Source of the DNA: Basidiobolus meristosporus CBS 931.73
Lineage: Eukaryota > Fungi > Basidiobolomycota
Assembly: GCA_002104905.1 (NCBI GenBank)
Contig: MCFE01000193.1
Location: 72,595-136,594, forward strand
Direction of reading: 5' to 3'
DNA: 64,000 nucleotides
Shown: positions 12,367 to 25,265 of the stretch, piece by piece
Layout of the letters: the number at the start of each line of letters is the position of its first letter
Position numbering within the stretch: the stretch's first letter is position 1
The notes under the pieces: model-generated
Database searches by the model: none
The model's input: the letters and a program-made list of their open reading frames with translations, nothing else
What the model was told of the DNA's origin: nothing
Made by a program: the position numbers and the translations under genes

Positions 12367-15099
12367 ATTCATTTGATTAATAAAAAACTTGTATTTGGCT
12401 GCAATAGCCATTATCAATCTGATGGAATTAAACTTGCCTACCAGTGCAATGGTCTCAGTATGGTTAGTTCCCTTTGTTTGAGAGTATCCTTTGTCCACAA
12501 GTCTTGATTTGTATCTATCAATTGTGCCATCAGCTTTGTATTTTGTCTTGAAGACCCATCTGCATCCAATAGACTCTTGGTTGATTGGGAATTTGACCAA
12601 GTCCCAAGCTTAATTTTCCATCAGGGCCTGATATTCCTCAGTCATTGCAGATCTCCAAGACTTTGTCTGAGGGCTATTTAGGGCCTCTTTTACAGTATGG
12701 GGTTCATCAATATGGACAATATGGACTGATTAGGCATAGGCTAACTTTGTACCCTCATTGCTGAAGTAATTTGGGCTATTTCTTGCCCAATTGGATCTTT
12801 GGGCATTTGATACTAGAATGATCACTTCTGGGATATTCCTGGGCACTGATTCTGGCTGAACCACAGTTGTAGAGACCTCTGGAGTGAAAAACATTCATTG
12901 TTTTGCCCTGATTCAATCCTGAAAATTTGTGGACTTGAGATCAAATATTTATCATCATCCAATGTCATTTTTTGTGAAAATTTGGAATTTTCATCAAACA
13001 GCACATCCCTGGACTTGATTAGCTTCTTTGCTTTGGTATTGTTGAGTCTGTATGCTTTACTTTCATTGCAGCAACCCAATAATATGTATTTTACACTTTT
13101 GGCTCAAATTTTGACTGATTTCCAGGCAGTTTGTTGGCAGATGCTGTGCACCCAAATATTCTTAGATGTTCTGCACTTGGTCTGTACCCACACCATGCTT
13201 CAAATGGAGTAGAATGACAAAGTATTCTGTTATAACTCCTATTTTTAAGGTATACAGCAGTGGCAACAGATTCCACCCAAAAATCATGGGATAATTTTTG
13301 ATCATGGATCATGGATCTTGCCATATCAATTATTGATCTGTTAGCATGTTCTGCTACTCCATTTTGCTGTGGGAAGTATGGTACAGAGGTCTAATGCTTT
13401 GTCCCATGAATTTTGCAGAAGTGCATGAGGAGTTTGGAGGTATATTCTCCACCATTGTCAGCGTATATTCTCTTGATTTTTCACCAGTTTCTCTCTCCAC
13501 CATGACTTTAAACTCCCTGAGCTTAGACAGAGCTTCTTCCTTTCTCTCCATGAAGTAGCCCTATGTGTATCTTGTATAATCATCAATCAAAGTGATCATA
13601 TTTTTCATCCTGTCTAAGAATAAATTTTGTATAGGTCCACAGAGATCTGAGTCAATTAGATCTAATTTTTTCTTTGTTTTGATTAACCCAGTGCTCTTGA
13701 ACAGTTGTCTGGCTTGTTTCCCATATATGCAGGCTTCACAATGCTCCAAACTAGCTGGGTGATCAATTTTCACTCCAGAAATTAGCTGATCTTTGACCAT
13801 TTTACACAAATAATCAAAATTGATGTGCCCAAATCTCCTGTGCCAAAGCATTGGTATTCCTTCATGTAAGTTACCTATATTGGCTTCCAAATATGATGGA
13901 ATATAAGTCAACTTGTATAGATTCTTATCTCCGATACCCAAAGTAATATGGGCACCATTTTGATCAGTGATCTTGCATCCAGAATTGTCAAAGTTGAAAC
14001 TGTGTCCTTCTGCAGTGGCCTTGCTTACAGATAGTATGTTCTTGGCTATTTCTGGTACATAGAGTACTTCTTTAAAGGTCAGTGTATGGCTTCCTTCACT
14101 GCTTCTAAGGTCTACTTGGCAGGTTCCTTCTCCCACTGTATCAAGTGTTCTATTGTCACACATGAAAACCTTCTTAATTGGAATTTCTTGATATTGGGTA
14201 AAAAGTTCTTTTTGGTGTGTAAAGTGTTGAGAAGCTCCAGGGTCAATATACCACGTCTGAGAATCCTTGTTTGTGGTCATATTTAGTGCAGATATGGATA
14301 GTCTATCTTCAGTTGTTACAGCATTTCCATATTCAGGCTTTTTCTCCAGACTATCTTTCTTTTTGAAGCTCAGGTCTGATGTGTGTCCTTTCCTTTTGCA
14401 GTAGTTGCAAAATAGGTTGCTGTTGCCTTTGTAGGGTATTGGGTACCTCCTTTGTTGGTTATCATTGCTTATTGAAGCATTTTCTTCTTCCTTCTTATTG
14501 GTGCTTGATTTTCTTAATTTTTCATCCAAGAGCCTTCCATATATGTAATTTAAGGCCAAGTCTTTGGTTCTGGACACTAGGGCTGATTCAATGCCCTGAA
14601 ACTTGTCTGTCAGGCTATTCAGGATGGTAACTATCATATCCTCATCAGTAGTTGGTATGCCCACAGATTCCATTTAATCTACAAGCAGGGTAATTCTGTT
14701 AATTAGATTTTTCATTTCCTCTCCTGGCTGCATCTTTGTAGTAAAATATTTTTATCTCAGATACATTTTCTTAGCAGCTGAACATGGCTGGTAGGTGTCT
14801 TTTAATACCTTCCAGGCATTCTTTGCCATTTTTGCTCTTGAGCATTGAATTAGCAATTTGTCTTTAACATTAAGGCAAATGCAGTTAAAGGCACATGGTT
14901 CTTTCTTCTGGTACTATGCGGCTTCCTCTCCTGCATTTTTAGTAGGGCATTCTTCTACCATGACAATATCCCAAAGGCCTCTTTTTTGTAGCAGCATCTT
15001 CATCCTCACCTTCCACACCTGGTAGTTAGATCCATCCAACTTTTCAGCAGAGGAAAAAGTTCCAGTAATAGCAGTGGTAGACATTGCAGAGATTGACTG

Positions 15100-15115
15100 C
15101 TTGGGGCCCATAACC
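15100..15115 (-). promoter_or_regulatory. Copia PBS of the half-tRNA-iMet (Hemivirus) type
   Basis: GGTTATGGGCCC immediately follows the LTR and is complementary to the anticodon stem-loop region of initiator tRNA-Met. Confidence 0.75.
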
Positions 15116-15464
15116 TCTTGTAAGAGTCTTGGAGATATTGGAAGGGACTGGGAGAACAAATAGATTATGTGGTTTTCACATAATGATTCATTGAATGTAA
15201 AAGTAGTATTTAAACTTTTACTTGGTCTTGGCATTACAAACACATAGAATAGGTTAAGGAAGGTCTCAAGAACATGTGTGCAAAGTTTGGGGCTGTTTGG
15301 ACAACTTTGAGAATTTTCATGTTCTGGGTACTTGGTATTTTGGTGAAAATGTTCTAAGTAACTCCCGACAAGGAATTTGGTCAGTATTCTCCAGGATTTG
15401 AAGGTGATGATCTACGTAACTAAGTTAGGTGAATATTTAGGTGCAAATACAAGTTTTTACAACA
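15116..15464 (-). repeat. Copia LTR (349 bp) shared as 5' LTR of copy 1 and 3' LTR of copy 2
   Basis: PBS on one side and PPT (GAGTGGGAG on the minus strand) on the other. Homologous to 21729-22077. Confidence 0.9.
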
Positions 15465-18400
15465 CTCCCACTCAGCTAAATGTTCATACTGACTAGTCCT
15501 AATTTTGACCTAAGATATTCAAACTTGTCTCTAGCTAATGGTTTGGTAAATGTGTCTGCAATCATTTCATCTGTAGAACAGTAAACTAAGTTAACTAAGT
15601 TATTCTCTATAGCTTCACGTATGAAATGATGTCTAATATCTATGTACTTGGTTCTAGCATGAAAAGTTGGATTTCTACCTAATTGTATACATCCTTGATT
15701 ATCTTGAAATAAAGTAATAGGTGTTTTTTGACATAGGCCTAAGTCTGTAAACAGCTTTCTTAACCACATTGCTTCTTTTGTAGCTTCACAGGCTGCCATA
15801 TACTCTGCCTCTGTGGTGGAAAGTGCCACGGTTGGTTGCTTTCTTGAATTCCATGAAATTGCTCCTTTACAGTAAATAAAGGTGTATCCTGTGGTGGATC
15901 TTCTGTCTTCTGAATTTCATCCCCAATCTGCATCAGAGTATCCCACAAGATCTTGTTCTGAGTCCTTATAAGTGTATCTTAAGCAAATATCAGCAGTTCC
16001 TTTTAGGTATCTAAAAATCTGCTTAACTGCTGCAATATGATCAGATCCATAGTTCTGATTATGTTGGCTGACAACTCCCACTGAATATGAGATATCTGGA
16101 CGTGTTCCAAGCATGATATACATCAGACTGCCGACCATAGATTGATAAGGAAAGTCAGGGCTTTTAGATGGCACTAAGCTCTCTTGATTTGGTTGAGTTT
16201 TGACTAAGTTAAGGTTTGTCTCCATTGGGGTAGCTTCCAGTGTACAGTCTTCCATTTGGTACTTCTTTAGTATATCATGAATATACTTGGATTGGCTTAG
16301 GGTGATAGTCTGGGTACTTCTGTCTATGGAGAACTTAATCCCTAAGTAGTAACTAAGTTCTCCAAAATCAGACATCTTGAACTCCTTAGATAGGCTGGAT
16401 TTAGTTTCTTCCAATGTTTCTAGGTTATTGGTGGCCATAATAAGATCATCCACATATAGAGCTAATAGAACTGGATTTGCTCTATCTGGCTTATAGTATA
16501 TACTATAGTCAGCATTACTTCTTTTGAAACTCAAAGATTCCAAATAAGAATCTATCTTGCAATTCCAGGCTGTTGGTGATTGTTTGAGACCATAGAGTGA
16601 CTTTTTAAGCCTGCAGACCAAATGGGGGTTATCTTGGTCAACAAACCCATCAGAATGGTCCATATACATATCCTCATCAAGTTCTCCATTCAGAAATGCA
16701 GTTTTTACATCCATTTGATGAATAAAAAACTTATATTTGGCTGCAATAGCCAATATTAATCTGATGGAATTAAACTTGGCTACCGGTGCAAAGGTCTCAG
16801 TATAGTCAAGTCCTTTTGTTTGAGAGTATCCTTTGGCTACAAGTCTTGCTTTGTATCTTTCAATTGTACCATCAGCCTTGCATTTTGTCTTGAAGACCCA
16901 TCTGCATCCAATTGATTTTTGGTTGATTGGAAATTTGACCAAGTCCCAAGTTTGATTTTCCATCAAGGCCTGATATTCCTCACTCATTGCAGATCTCCAA
17001 AACTTTGTCTGAGGGCTATTTAGGGCCTCTTTTACAGTCTGGGGCTCATCAATATGGACTGAATAGGCATAGGCTAAGTTTGTACCCTCATTGATATAGT
17101 AATTTGGGCTATTTCTTGTCCAATTGGATCTCCAGGCATTTGATACTGGAATGATCACTTCTGGGATATTCCTGGGCACTGATTCTGGCTGAACCACGGT
17201 TGAAGAGTCCTCTGGAGTGAAAAAATTTTCATTGTTTTGCTCTGATTCAATCCTGACAATTGGTGGACTTGAGATCAGATTTTTGTAATCATCTGATGTC
17301 ATCTTTTGTGAAAATTTTGAATTTTCATCAAACAACACATCCCTGGACTTGATCAGCTTCTTTTCTTTGGTATTGTAGAGTCTGTATGCCTTACTCTCAT
17401 TGCAGTAGCCCAAAAATATGCATTTTACACTTTTTGGCTCAAATTTTGACTGATTTCCAGGCAGTTTTTTGGCAGATGCTGTACACCCAAATATTCTTAG
17501 ATGTTCTGCACTTGGTCTGTATCCATACCATGCTTCAAATGGAGTAGAATCACAAAGTATTCTGTTATAACTCCAATTTTTAAGGTATACAGCAGTGGCA
17601 ACTGATTCTGCCCAAAAATCATAGGATAACTTTTGATCATGGATCATAGATCTTGCCATATCAATTATTGATATGCTAGCTTGTTCTGCTACTCCATTTG
17701 CCATGGGGAGTATGGTACAGTAGTCTCTTGCTTTATTCCATGAATTTTGCAGAAGTGGATGAAGAGTTTTGAGTTATATTCTCCACCATTGTCAGAGCGT
17801 ATTTTCTTAATTTTTTCACCAGTTTCTCTCTCCACCATGGCTTTAAACTCCCTGAACTTAGACAGAGCTTCTTCCTTTCTCTCCATGAAGTAGACCCAAG
17901 TGTATCTTGTATAATCATCAATAAAATTGATTAAATACTTCATCCCACCTAAGGATAAATTTTGCATAGGTCCACACAGATCTGAGTCAATTAGATCTAA
18001 TTTTTTCTTAGTTTTGATTAACCCAGAGCTCTTGAACAGTTGTCTGGCTTGTTTCCCATATATGCAGGCTTCACAGTGCTCCAAATTAGCTGGGGGATCA
18101 ATTTTCACTCCAGAAATTAGCTGATCTTTGATCATTTTACGCAAATAATCAAAATTGATGTGCCCAAATCTCCTGTGCCAAAGCATTGGTGTTTCTTCAT
18201 TTAAGTTACTTATATTGGCTTCCAAGTATGATGGAATATAAGTCAACTTGTATAGATTCTGATCTCCGATGCCCAAAGCAATATGGGCACCATTTGATCA
18301 GTGATCCTGCATCAAGAATTGTCAAAACTGAAACTGAGTCCTTCTGCTATGGCCTTGCTTACAGAGAGTAGGTTCTTGGCTATTTCTGGTACATAGAGTA

Positions 18401-19207
18401 CTTCTTTAAAGGTCAGTGTATGGCTTCCTTCACTGCTTCTAAGGTCTACTTGGCAGGTTCCTTCTCCCACTGTATCAAGTGTTCTATTGTCACCCATGAA
18501 AACCTTCTTAATTGGAATTTCTTGATATTGGGTAAAAAGTTCTTTTTGGTGTGTAAAGTGTTGAGAAGCTCCAGGGTCAATATACCACGTCTGAGAATCC
18601 TTGTTTGTGGTCATATTTAGTGCAGATATGAATAGTGTATCTTCAGTTGTTGCAGCATTTCCATATACAGGCTTCTTTTGCTGATAATCTCTCTTTTTGA
18701 GACTCCAGTCTGATGTGTGTCCTTTCCTTTTGCAGTAGTTGCAAAATAGGTTGCTGTTGCCTTTGTAGGGTTTTGGGTACCTCCTTTGTTGGTTATCATT
18801 GCTTATTAAAGCACTTCCTTCTTCCTTCTTATTGGCGCTTGATTTTCTTAATTCTTCATCCAGGAGCCTTCCATATACGTAATTTAAGGTCAAATTGACA
18901 GTTCTGGACTCTGGGCTGATGCAAGGCCCTGAAACTTGTCTGTCAGGCTATTCAGGATGGTAACTATCACATCCTCATCAGTAGTTGGTATGCCCACAGA
19001 TTCCATCTCATCTACCAGCAGGGTAATTCTGTTAATTAGATTTTTCATTTCTTCTCCTGGCAGCATCTTTGTAGTAAAGAATTTTTGTCTCAGATACATT
19101 TTCTTGGCAGCTGAACATGACTGGTAGGTGTCTTCTAATGCTTTCCAGGCATCCTTTGCCGTTTTTGCTCTTGAGCATTGAATTAGCAATTAGTTCTTAA
19201 CATTAAG
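15116..19207 (-). mobile_element. Ty1/copia copy 2, 5'-truncated in gag, with frameshifts and an in-frame TGA after YSDADWG
   Basis: ORFs 18890-19189 (gag), 18312-18893 (gag/PR), 17689-18276 (INT), 15917-17704 (INT-RT, YVDD), 15476-15829 (RNase H). Confidence 0.92.
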
Positions 19208-22200
19208 TTCAGGGAGCTTAAAGCCATAGTAGAGAGAGACACTGGTGAAAAAATCAGGAAAATACGCTCTGACAATGGTGGAGAATACACCTCAAACTCT
19301 TCATCCACTTCTGCAAAATTTATGGGATAAAGCAAGAGACTACTGTACCATACTCCCCACAGCAAAATGGAGTAGCAGGACATGCTAACAGATCAATAAT
19401 TGATATGGCAAGATCTATGATCCATGATCAAAAATTATCCTATGATTTTTGGGCAGAATCAGTTGCCACTGCTGTATACCTTAAAAATTGGAGTTATAAC
19501 AGAATACTTTGTGATTCTACTCCATTTGAAGCATGGTATGGATACAGACCAAGTGCAGAACATCTAAGAATATTTGGGTGTACAGCATCTGCCAAAAAAC
19601 TGCCTGGAAATCAGTCAAAATTTGAGCCAAAAAGTGTAAAATGCATATTTTTGGGCTACTGCAATGAGAGTAAGGCATACAGACTCTACAATACCAAAGC
19701 AAAGAAGCTGATCAAGTCCAGGGATGTGTTGTTTGATGAAAATTCAAAATTTTCACAAAAAATGACATCAGATGATTACAAAAATTTGATCTCAAGTCCA
19801 CCAATTGTCAGGATTGAATCAGAGCAAAACAATGAAAATTTTTTCACTCCAGAGGACTCTTCAACCGTGGTTCAGCCAGAATCAGTGCCCAGGAATATCC
19901 CAGAAGTGATCATTCCAGTATCAAATGCCTGGAGATCCAATTGGACAAGAAATAGCCCAAATTACTATATCAATGAGGGTACAAACTTAGCCTATGCCTA
20001 TTCAGTCCATATTGATGAGCCCCAGACTGTAAAAGAGGCCCTAAATAGCCCTCAGACAAAGTTTTGGAGATCTGCAATGAGTGAGGAATATCAGGCCTTG
20101 ATGGAAAATCAAACTTGGGACTTGGTCAAATTTCCAATCAACCAAAAATCAATTGGATGCAGATGGGTCTTCAAGACAAAATGCAAGGCTGATGGTACAA
20201 TTGAAAGATACAAAGCAAGACTTGTAGCCAAAGGATACTCTCAAACAAAAGGACTTGACTATACTGAGACCTTTGCACCGGTAGCCAAGTTTAATTCCAT
20301 CAGATTAATATTGGCTATTGCAGCCAAATATAAGTTTTTTATTCATCAAATGGATGTAAAAACTGCATTTCTGAATGAAGAACTTGATGAGGATATGTAT
20401 ATGGACCATCCTGATGGGTTTGTTGACCAAGATAACCCCCATTTGGTCTGCAAGCTTAAAAAGTCACTATATGGTCTCAAACAATCACTGAGAGCCTGGA
20501 ATTGCAAGATAGATTCTTATTTGGAATCTTTGAGTTTCAAAAGAAGTAATGCTGACTATAGTATATACTATAAGCCAGATAGAGCAAATCCAGTTCTATT
20601 AGCTCTATATGTGGATGATCTTATTATGGCCACCAATAACCTAGAAACATTGGAAGAAACTAAATCCAGCCTTTCTAAGGAGTTCAAGATGTCTGATTTA
20701 GGAGAACTTAATTACTACTTAGGGATTAAGTTCTCCATAGACAGAAGTACCCAGACTATCACCCTTAGCCAATCCAAGTATATTCATGATATACTAAAGA
20801 AGTACCAAATGGAAGACTGTACACTGGAAGCTACCCCAATGGAGACAACCTTAACTTAGTCAAAACTCAACCAAATCAAGAGAGCTTAGTGCCATCTAAA
20901 AGCCCTGACTTTCCTTATCAATCTGTGGTCGGCAGTCTGATGTATATCATGCTTGGAACACATCCAGATATCTCATATTCAGTGGGAGTTGTCAGCCAAC
21001 ATAATCAGAACTATGGATCTGATCATATTGCAGCAGTTAAGCAGATTTTTAGATACCTAAAAGGAACTGCTGATATTTGCTTAAGATACACTTATAAGGA
21101 CTCAGAACAAGATCTTGTGGGATACTCTGATGCAGATTGGGGATGAAATTCAGAAGACAGAAGATCCACCACAGGATACACCTTTATTTACTGTAAAGGA
21201 GCAATTACATGGAATTCAAGAAAGCAACCAACCGTGGCACTTTCCACCACAGAGGCAGAGTATATGGCAGCCTGTGAAGCTACAAAAGAAGCAATGTGGT
21301 TAAGAAAGCTGTTTACAGATTTAGGCCTATGTCAAAAAATGCCTATTACTTTATTTCAAGATACTCAAGGATGTATACAATTAGGTAGAAATCCAACTTT
21401 TCATGTTAGAACCAAGCATATAGATATTAGACATCATTTCATACGTGAAGCTATAGAGAATAACTTAGTTAACTTAGTTTACTGTTCTACAGATGAAATG
21501 ATTGCAGACACATTTACCAAACCATTAGCTAGAGACAAGTTTGAATATCTTAGGTCAAAATTAGGACTAGTCAGTATGAACATTTAGCTGAGTGGGAGTG
21601 TTGTAAAAATTTGTATTTCCACCTAAATATTCACCTAACCTAGTCACTTAGATCATTACCTTCAAATCCAAGAGAATACTGACCAAATTCCTTGTCAGGA
21701 TTTACTTAAAATATTTTCACCAAAATACTGTTGTAAGAGTCTTGGAGATATTGGAAGTGATTGGGAGAACAAGTAGATTATGTGGTTTTCACTTAATGAT
21801 TTATTGAATGTAAAAGTAGTATTTATACTTTTACATGGTCTTGGCATTACAAACACGTAGAATAGGTTAAGGAAGGTCCCAAGAACATGCGTGCAAAGTT
21901 TGGGGCTGTTTGGACAACTTTGAGAATTTTCATGTTCTGGGTACTTGGTATTTTGGTGAAAATATTCTAAGTAAATCCCAACAAGGAATTTGGTCAGTAT
22001 TCTCTAGGATTTGAAGGTGATGATCTAAGTGACTAAGTTAGGTGAATATTTAGGTGGAAATACAAACTTCTACAACAAATACCAGGTACCCAGAACATGA
22101 AAACTCTCAAAGTTGGCCAAACAGCCCCAAACTTTGCACACATGCTCTTGGGACCTTCCTTAACCTATTCTACGTGTTTGTAATGCCAAGACCATGTAAA

Positions 22201-22301
22201 AGTATAAATACTACTTTTACATTCAATAAATCATTAAGTGAAAACCACATAATCTACTTGTTCTCCCAATCACTTCCAATATCTCCAAGACTCCTACAAC
22301 A
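19204..22301 (+). mobile_element. Ty1/copia copy 3, an inverted partial duplicate starting mid-integrase, with 3' LTR
   Basis: ORFs 19405-20859, 20889-21146 and 21234-21587 are nearly identical to copy 2. PPT at 21590-21598. LTR 21599-21728 plus 22078-22301. Confidence 0.92.
21729..22077 (-). mobile_element. Solo copia LTR inserted in inverted orientation inside the 3' LTR of copy 3
   Basis: TG...CA ends, 5-bp TSD AATAC (21724-21728 and 22078-22082). Confidence 0.9.
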
Positions 22302-22592
22302 GTTTGCACTTGATCAACTATGGGAAGTAAGTGTTGCATATAGATTTTGGATGGTTTTGGCAGAGCATACACATAGAATAAGCTGAGGAAGGTCTCAAAA
22401 GCAAGTGTGCAAAGTTTGGGGCTGTCAGGACAACTTTGAGAAGTTTTATGTACTAGATACCCAGTGTTTGGATGAAAATATTCCAAATTCATTCAAGTAG
22501 AGAATTTGCTCTAAACTCTCCATGAGTTGTCAACATTGATCTAAGTGGCCAATTTAGGTATGTATATTGGTGAAATTACAAACTTTACAACA
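22302..22592. repeat. Diverged LTR-like remnant related to the copia LTR
   Basis: Patchy similarity (GTGTGCAAAGTTTGGGGCTG..GACAACTTTGAG, ends TTTACAACA). Confidence 0.5.
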
Positions 22593-24214
22593 ACAACCAC
22601 TAAGTACTATCTACCATATAGGCAATTCAGGTAACAATGGGATGTTAAGAGCCCACCATTGGCTATCTGAGAGGCACAAGAATTTCAAGCTTCCTATATC
22701 ATAACAGTCTTGTGTGATATTGGTTGGATCCACTTGCAGGACCAAATTGCTCCTCATAGGGGAGATTCAGTCCTGGTATGTCAATCATGGTACTCTGGGC
22801 ATTTCAGGCACTACTTTGGGACATTAGTTGTAACTCACTTGAGTATGTGGACCTTTGGCAAGCATTGGTATGCTTGGACATTGTCCAAAGTATATCCATA
22901 ACTACCAAGAGCAAAGTAGCATGCCCATTATAGCAAGAAAGCTTGACATTACTCAAGTTTTTTAACTTATGTCAATATTGGAATAACTCAGGAGCAAATG
23001 CTCTATGGCTGATTTATGAGATTGTCTATAAATCAAGATCTCCAGCATATTTCACACTTGTTGGTATGGGATGGAATTCCTTTCTGTTATCTGTACTTCA
23101 CCAGCAAATCAAATTTTCTCCCATTTCATTGGTGAGCAAGAAGAAAAAAAGTGTGGCCAGCAGGCACTCTGGCTGGCCACTGGTGTATTATTAACAGCAC
23201 AAAATTAACCTGTCAGTGTGGATAGGCTCCTACTTATTGAAGTTAACAAGTAACTGATATGTTTTTACACCATTCTTTATGAAAAATCTCATAGTTGGGA
23301 TTCATTGGATTTTTAGCTAGTACTCAGCTGGTATTTCTGCTTCAAATTTGCAGTTGCCATTTTTTGTGAAAGTACCAAGCAGCTGATTACCAAACTTGGC
23401 ATGAATGCTAGTTGGCCTAGTCACCTCCTGGACAGGAAGTCTGCTTGTCTGCTGTGAAGTCAGTCCTGAGATATCAACAGTGGTTGCTTTTGAGACAGAA
23501 GGAATTTAGCTGATGTTATGATAGTATTCAGCTGGCCTGTTCTTAATTTGCTTCTTAGGGATTCTGGTCAAGCTCTAACAACCACACATCAAGTAAAGTC
23601 CCAGAAGCATGTTTGCAAAACTGTGGGGACTTTTGGATAGCTCCAGGATCTGTTAAGCTCTGGAAACTTGATATTTTGGTGAATGCTCCTAGTGAATCAT
23701 GACAAAGATCTTTTGTAGTATTCTTAAGGGTGTGTATGCCACAGTTTATGTAATTTAGCTAATAAATCAATGGAGGCAATTAAAAGATTTATAACCATCT
23801 TAACTTCCAGGCTTGGCGATTGTATCCATCTGGCATTGCCGCATACTGGAAAAATTCTGCCTGTGGCAATTGTAGAAATTGCAGGGAGCAGTGGTTTGGG
23901 CTACACAGCATGTTGCGAGTCATAGCACAAATCAACACTAATGGAAGAACAAGAGTGGTAAGCGATTTTCACTGAGCAATTTATTGGGCTTTTAGTGGTT
24001 TGAAAGGTTTTGCCTAATCTTGGCAAAGTAAACACATAGCTTATGCTTGAAATGACTTCAGGAGCATTTGTGGGTGCTTTTGGACAACTCTGTAACTCCC
24101 ATACTCTGGGAACTTGACATTGCGGTGAGAACAAGATAAGTGAACCCCATCAAGGAGCTTGGACTGTTGCAATATTCTGAGGAGTATTGGAAGTGATATG
24201 GAGAGCTAGAGGAT

Positions 24215-24660
24215 TTACATGTTATTCACTGTTTTGACAGGTTGATCGAAGATATTTTCAGTGAGCATAGTGCAGTCACTGAAGACCACAAGGTACTTGG
24301 AGTGGCCAAACCCCACATGTCTCATGAGTTCAAGCTGCGCATGCTTGGTGAAGTCCGTGTCCAGGTTGGGATAGATCTTTTTCAGGATCTATGCGACCAG
24401 ATATTTGCTTCCTAACTTATCTACCATATCAACAGAGCATATTGCCATCGGAAAGACCATTAGGTTTGGCTCGGACGAATATCTGGTCAGGTGCTTCGTA
24501 AATTTTCGATTTCCACCCGAGTATTTCCATCTACTCCCACCGATCGAGGTTTTGGTTGGCATCTCTAGAAAATCCACCCCCCCTCTCTCTTAGCAGTCCC
24601 CAAACCAGTGGATAGGCGGTTCATCACATTGGCTCGTCGGGTGGTGTGTGCATTGGGCAT
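24215..24660 (-). CDS. Possible small multi-exon hypothetical protein (~100 aa)
   Basis: A hand-built 4-exon GT-AG model gives an open frame ending ILKKIYPNLDTDFTKHAQLELMRHVGFGHSKYLVVFSDC.... It lies where CpG-rich sequence begins. No homology recognised. Confidence 0.3.
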
Positions 24661-25265
24661 CTCTAGTTCGCAACCGTGCCAAGATTTTGCTCGTCAACCA
24701 GGCAGGTTCTTGGTTCCGGGGGGTGATTCTTGGGGACGGTTACGCCTCCACCCCGTCTACATATCAACGGTATCGTGGCACTCTCAACCATTGCAAATGG
24801 CGGCGGGATGAGAGCGTGCTTGGCTTATGAGGAAGTTTGCTGAGTGACTGCGTATCCAATATGGTAGTTCACTATGATAAGGTAGCGGATTTCAATTTTC
24901 CAAGGGTGATAAGGTTTATTCAAGCGCCTGGAAGTGATTCGGAACAAAAGGGGGGCAGATCTTCACCGGTCTGCTATTGGGGTGGAGTAGAAGTGGTCCC
25001 ACACCCGTAGAACCGATATCACAGCAAAAAAAGGGGGGTGGCATCATATATGAACAGCGGGATCCGTAGCAACCGTATTGGTATTCGCCGGTTGGGTTGA
25101 TTGAGAAAACAAGAAGCGCCGATCGAAGAAACCTAAGCCCATGGCCCAGTCTCAACAAGACCCTCCCAACACTATAACCTAACCAACGGGCTCTATGTGT
25201 AGGTGGCAGGCTATTCCGAGGTGGAGGTGGAATCTTTTGGGCGACAAGGGAAGGGACCTACCCTC

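Larger units (their letters stand above)
3476..15464 (-). mobile_element. Ty1/copia LTR retrotransposon copy 1, degenerate, interrupted by a gypsy element and a MITE
   Basis: 5' LTR 15116-15464 and truncated 3' LTR 3476-3690. Gag fragments (KLDGSNYQVWK, CNYCKRKGH), protease WYIDPGASQH, integrase LWHRRFGH/DSDLCGP, RT GCRWVFKTK, RNase H YSDADWG. Many stops and frameshifts. Confidence 0.9.

Noticed and set aside
15914-15919. Programmed stop read-through at the TGA after YSDADWG in copia copies 2 and 3
   Set aside because: The stop lies inside the RNase H domain and copy 1 has a sense codon there. A CGA/CAA to TGA mutation inherited through duplication is simpler.
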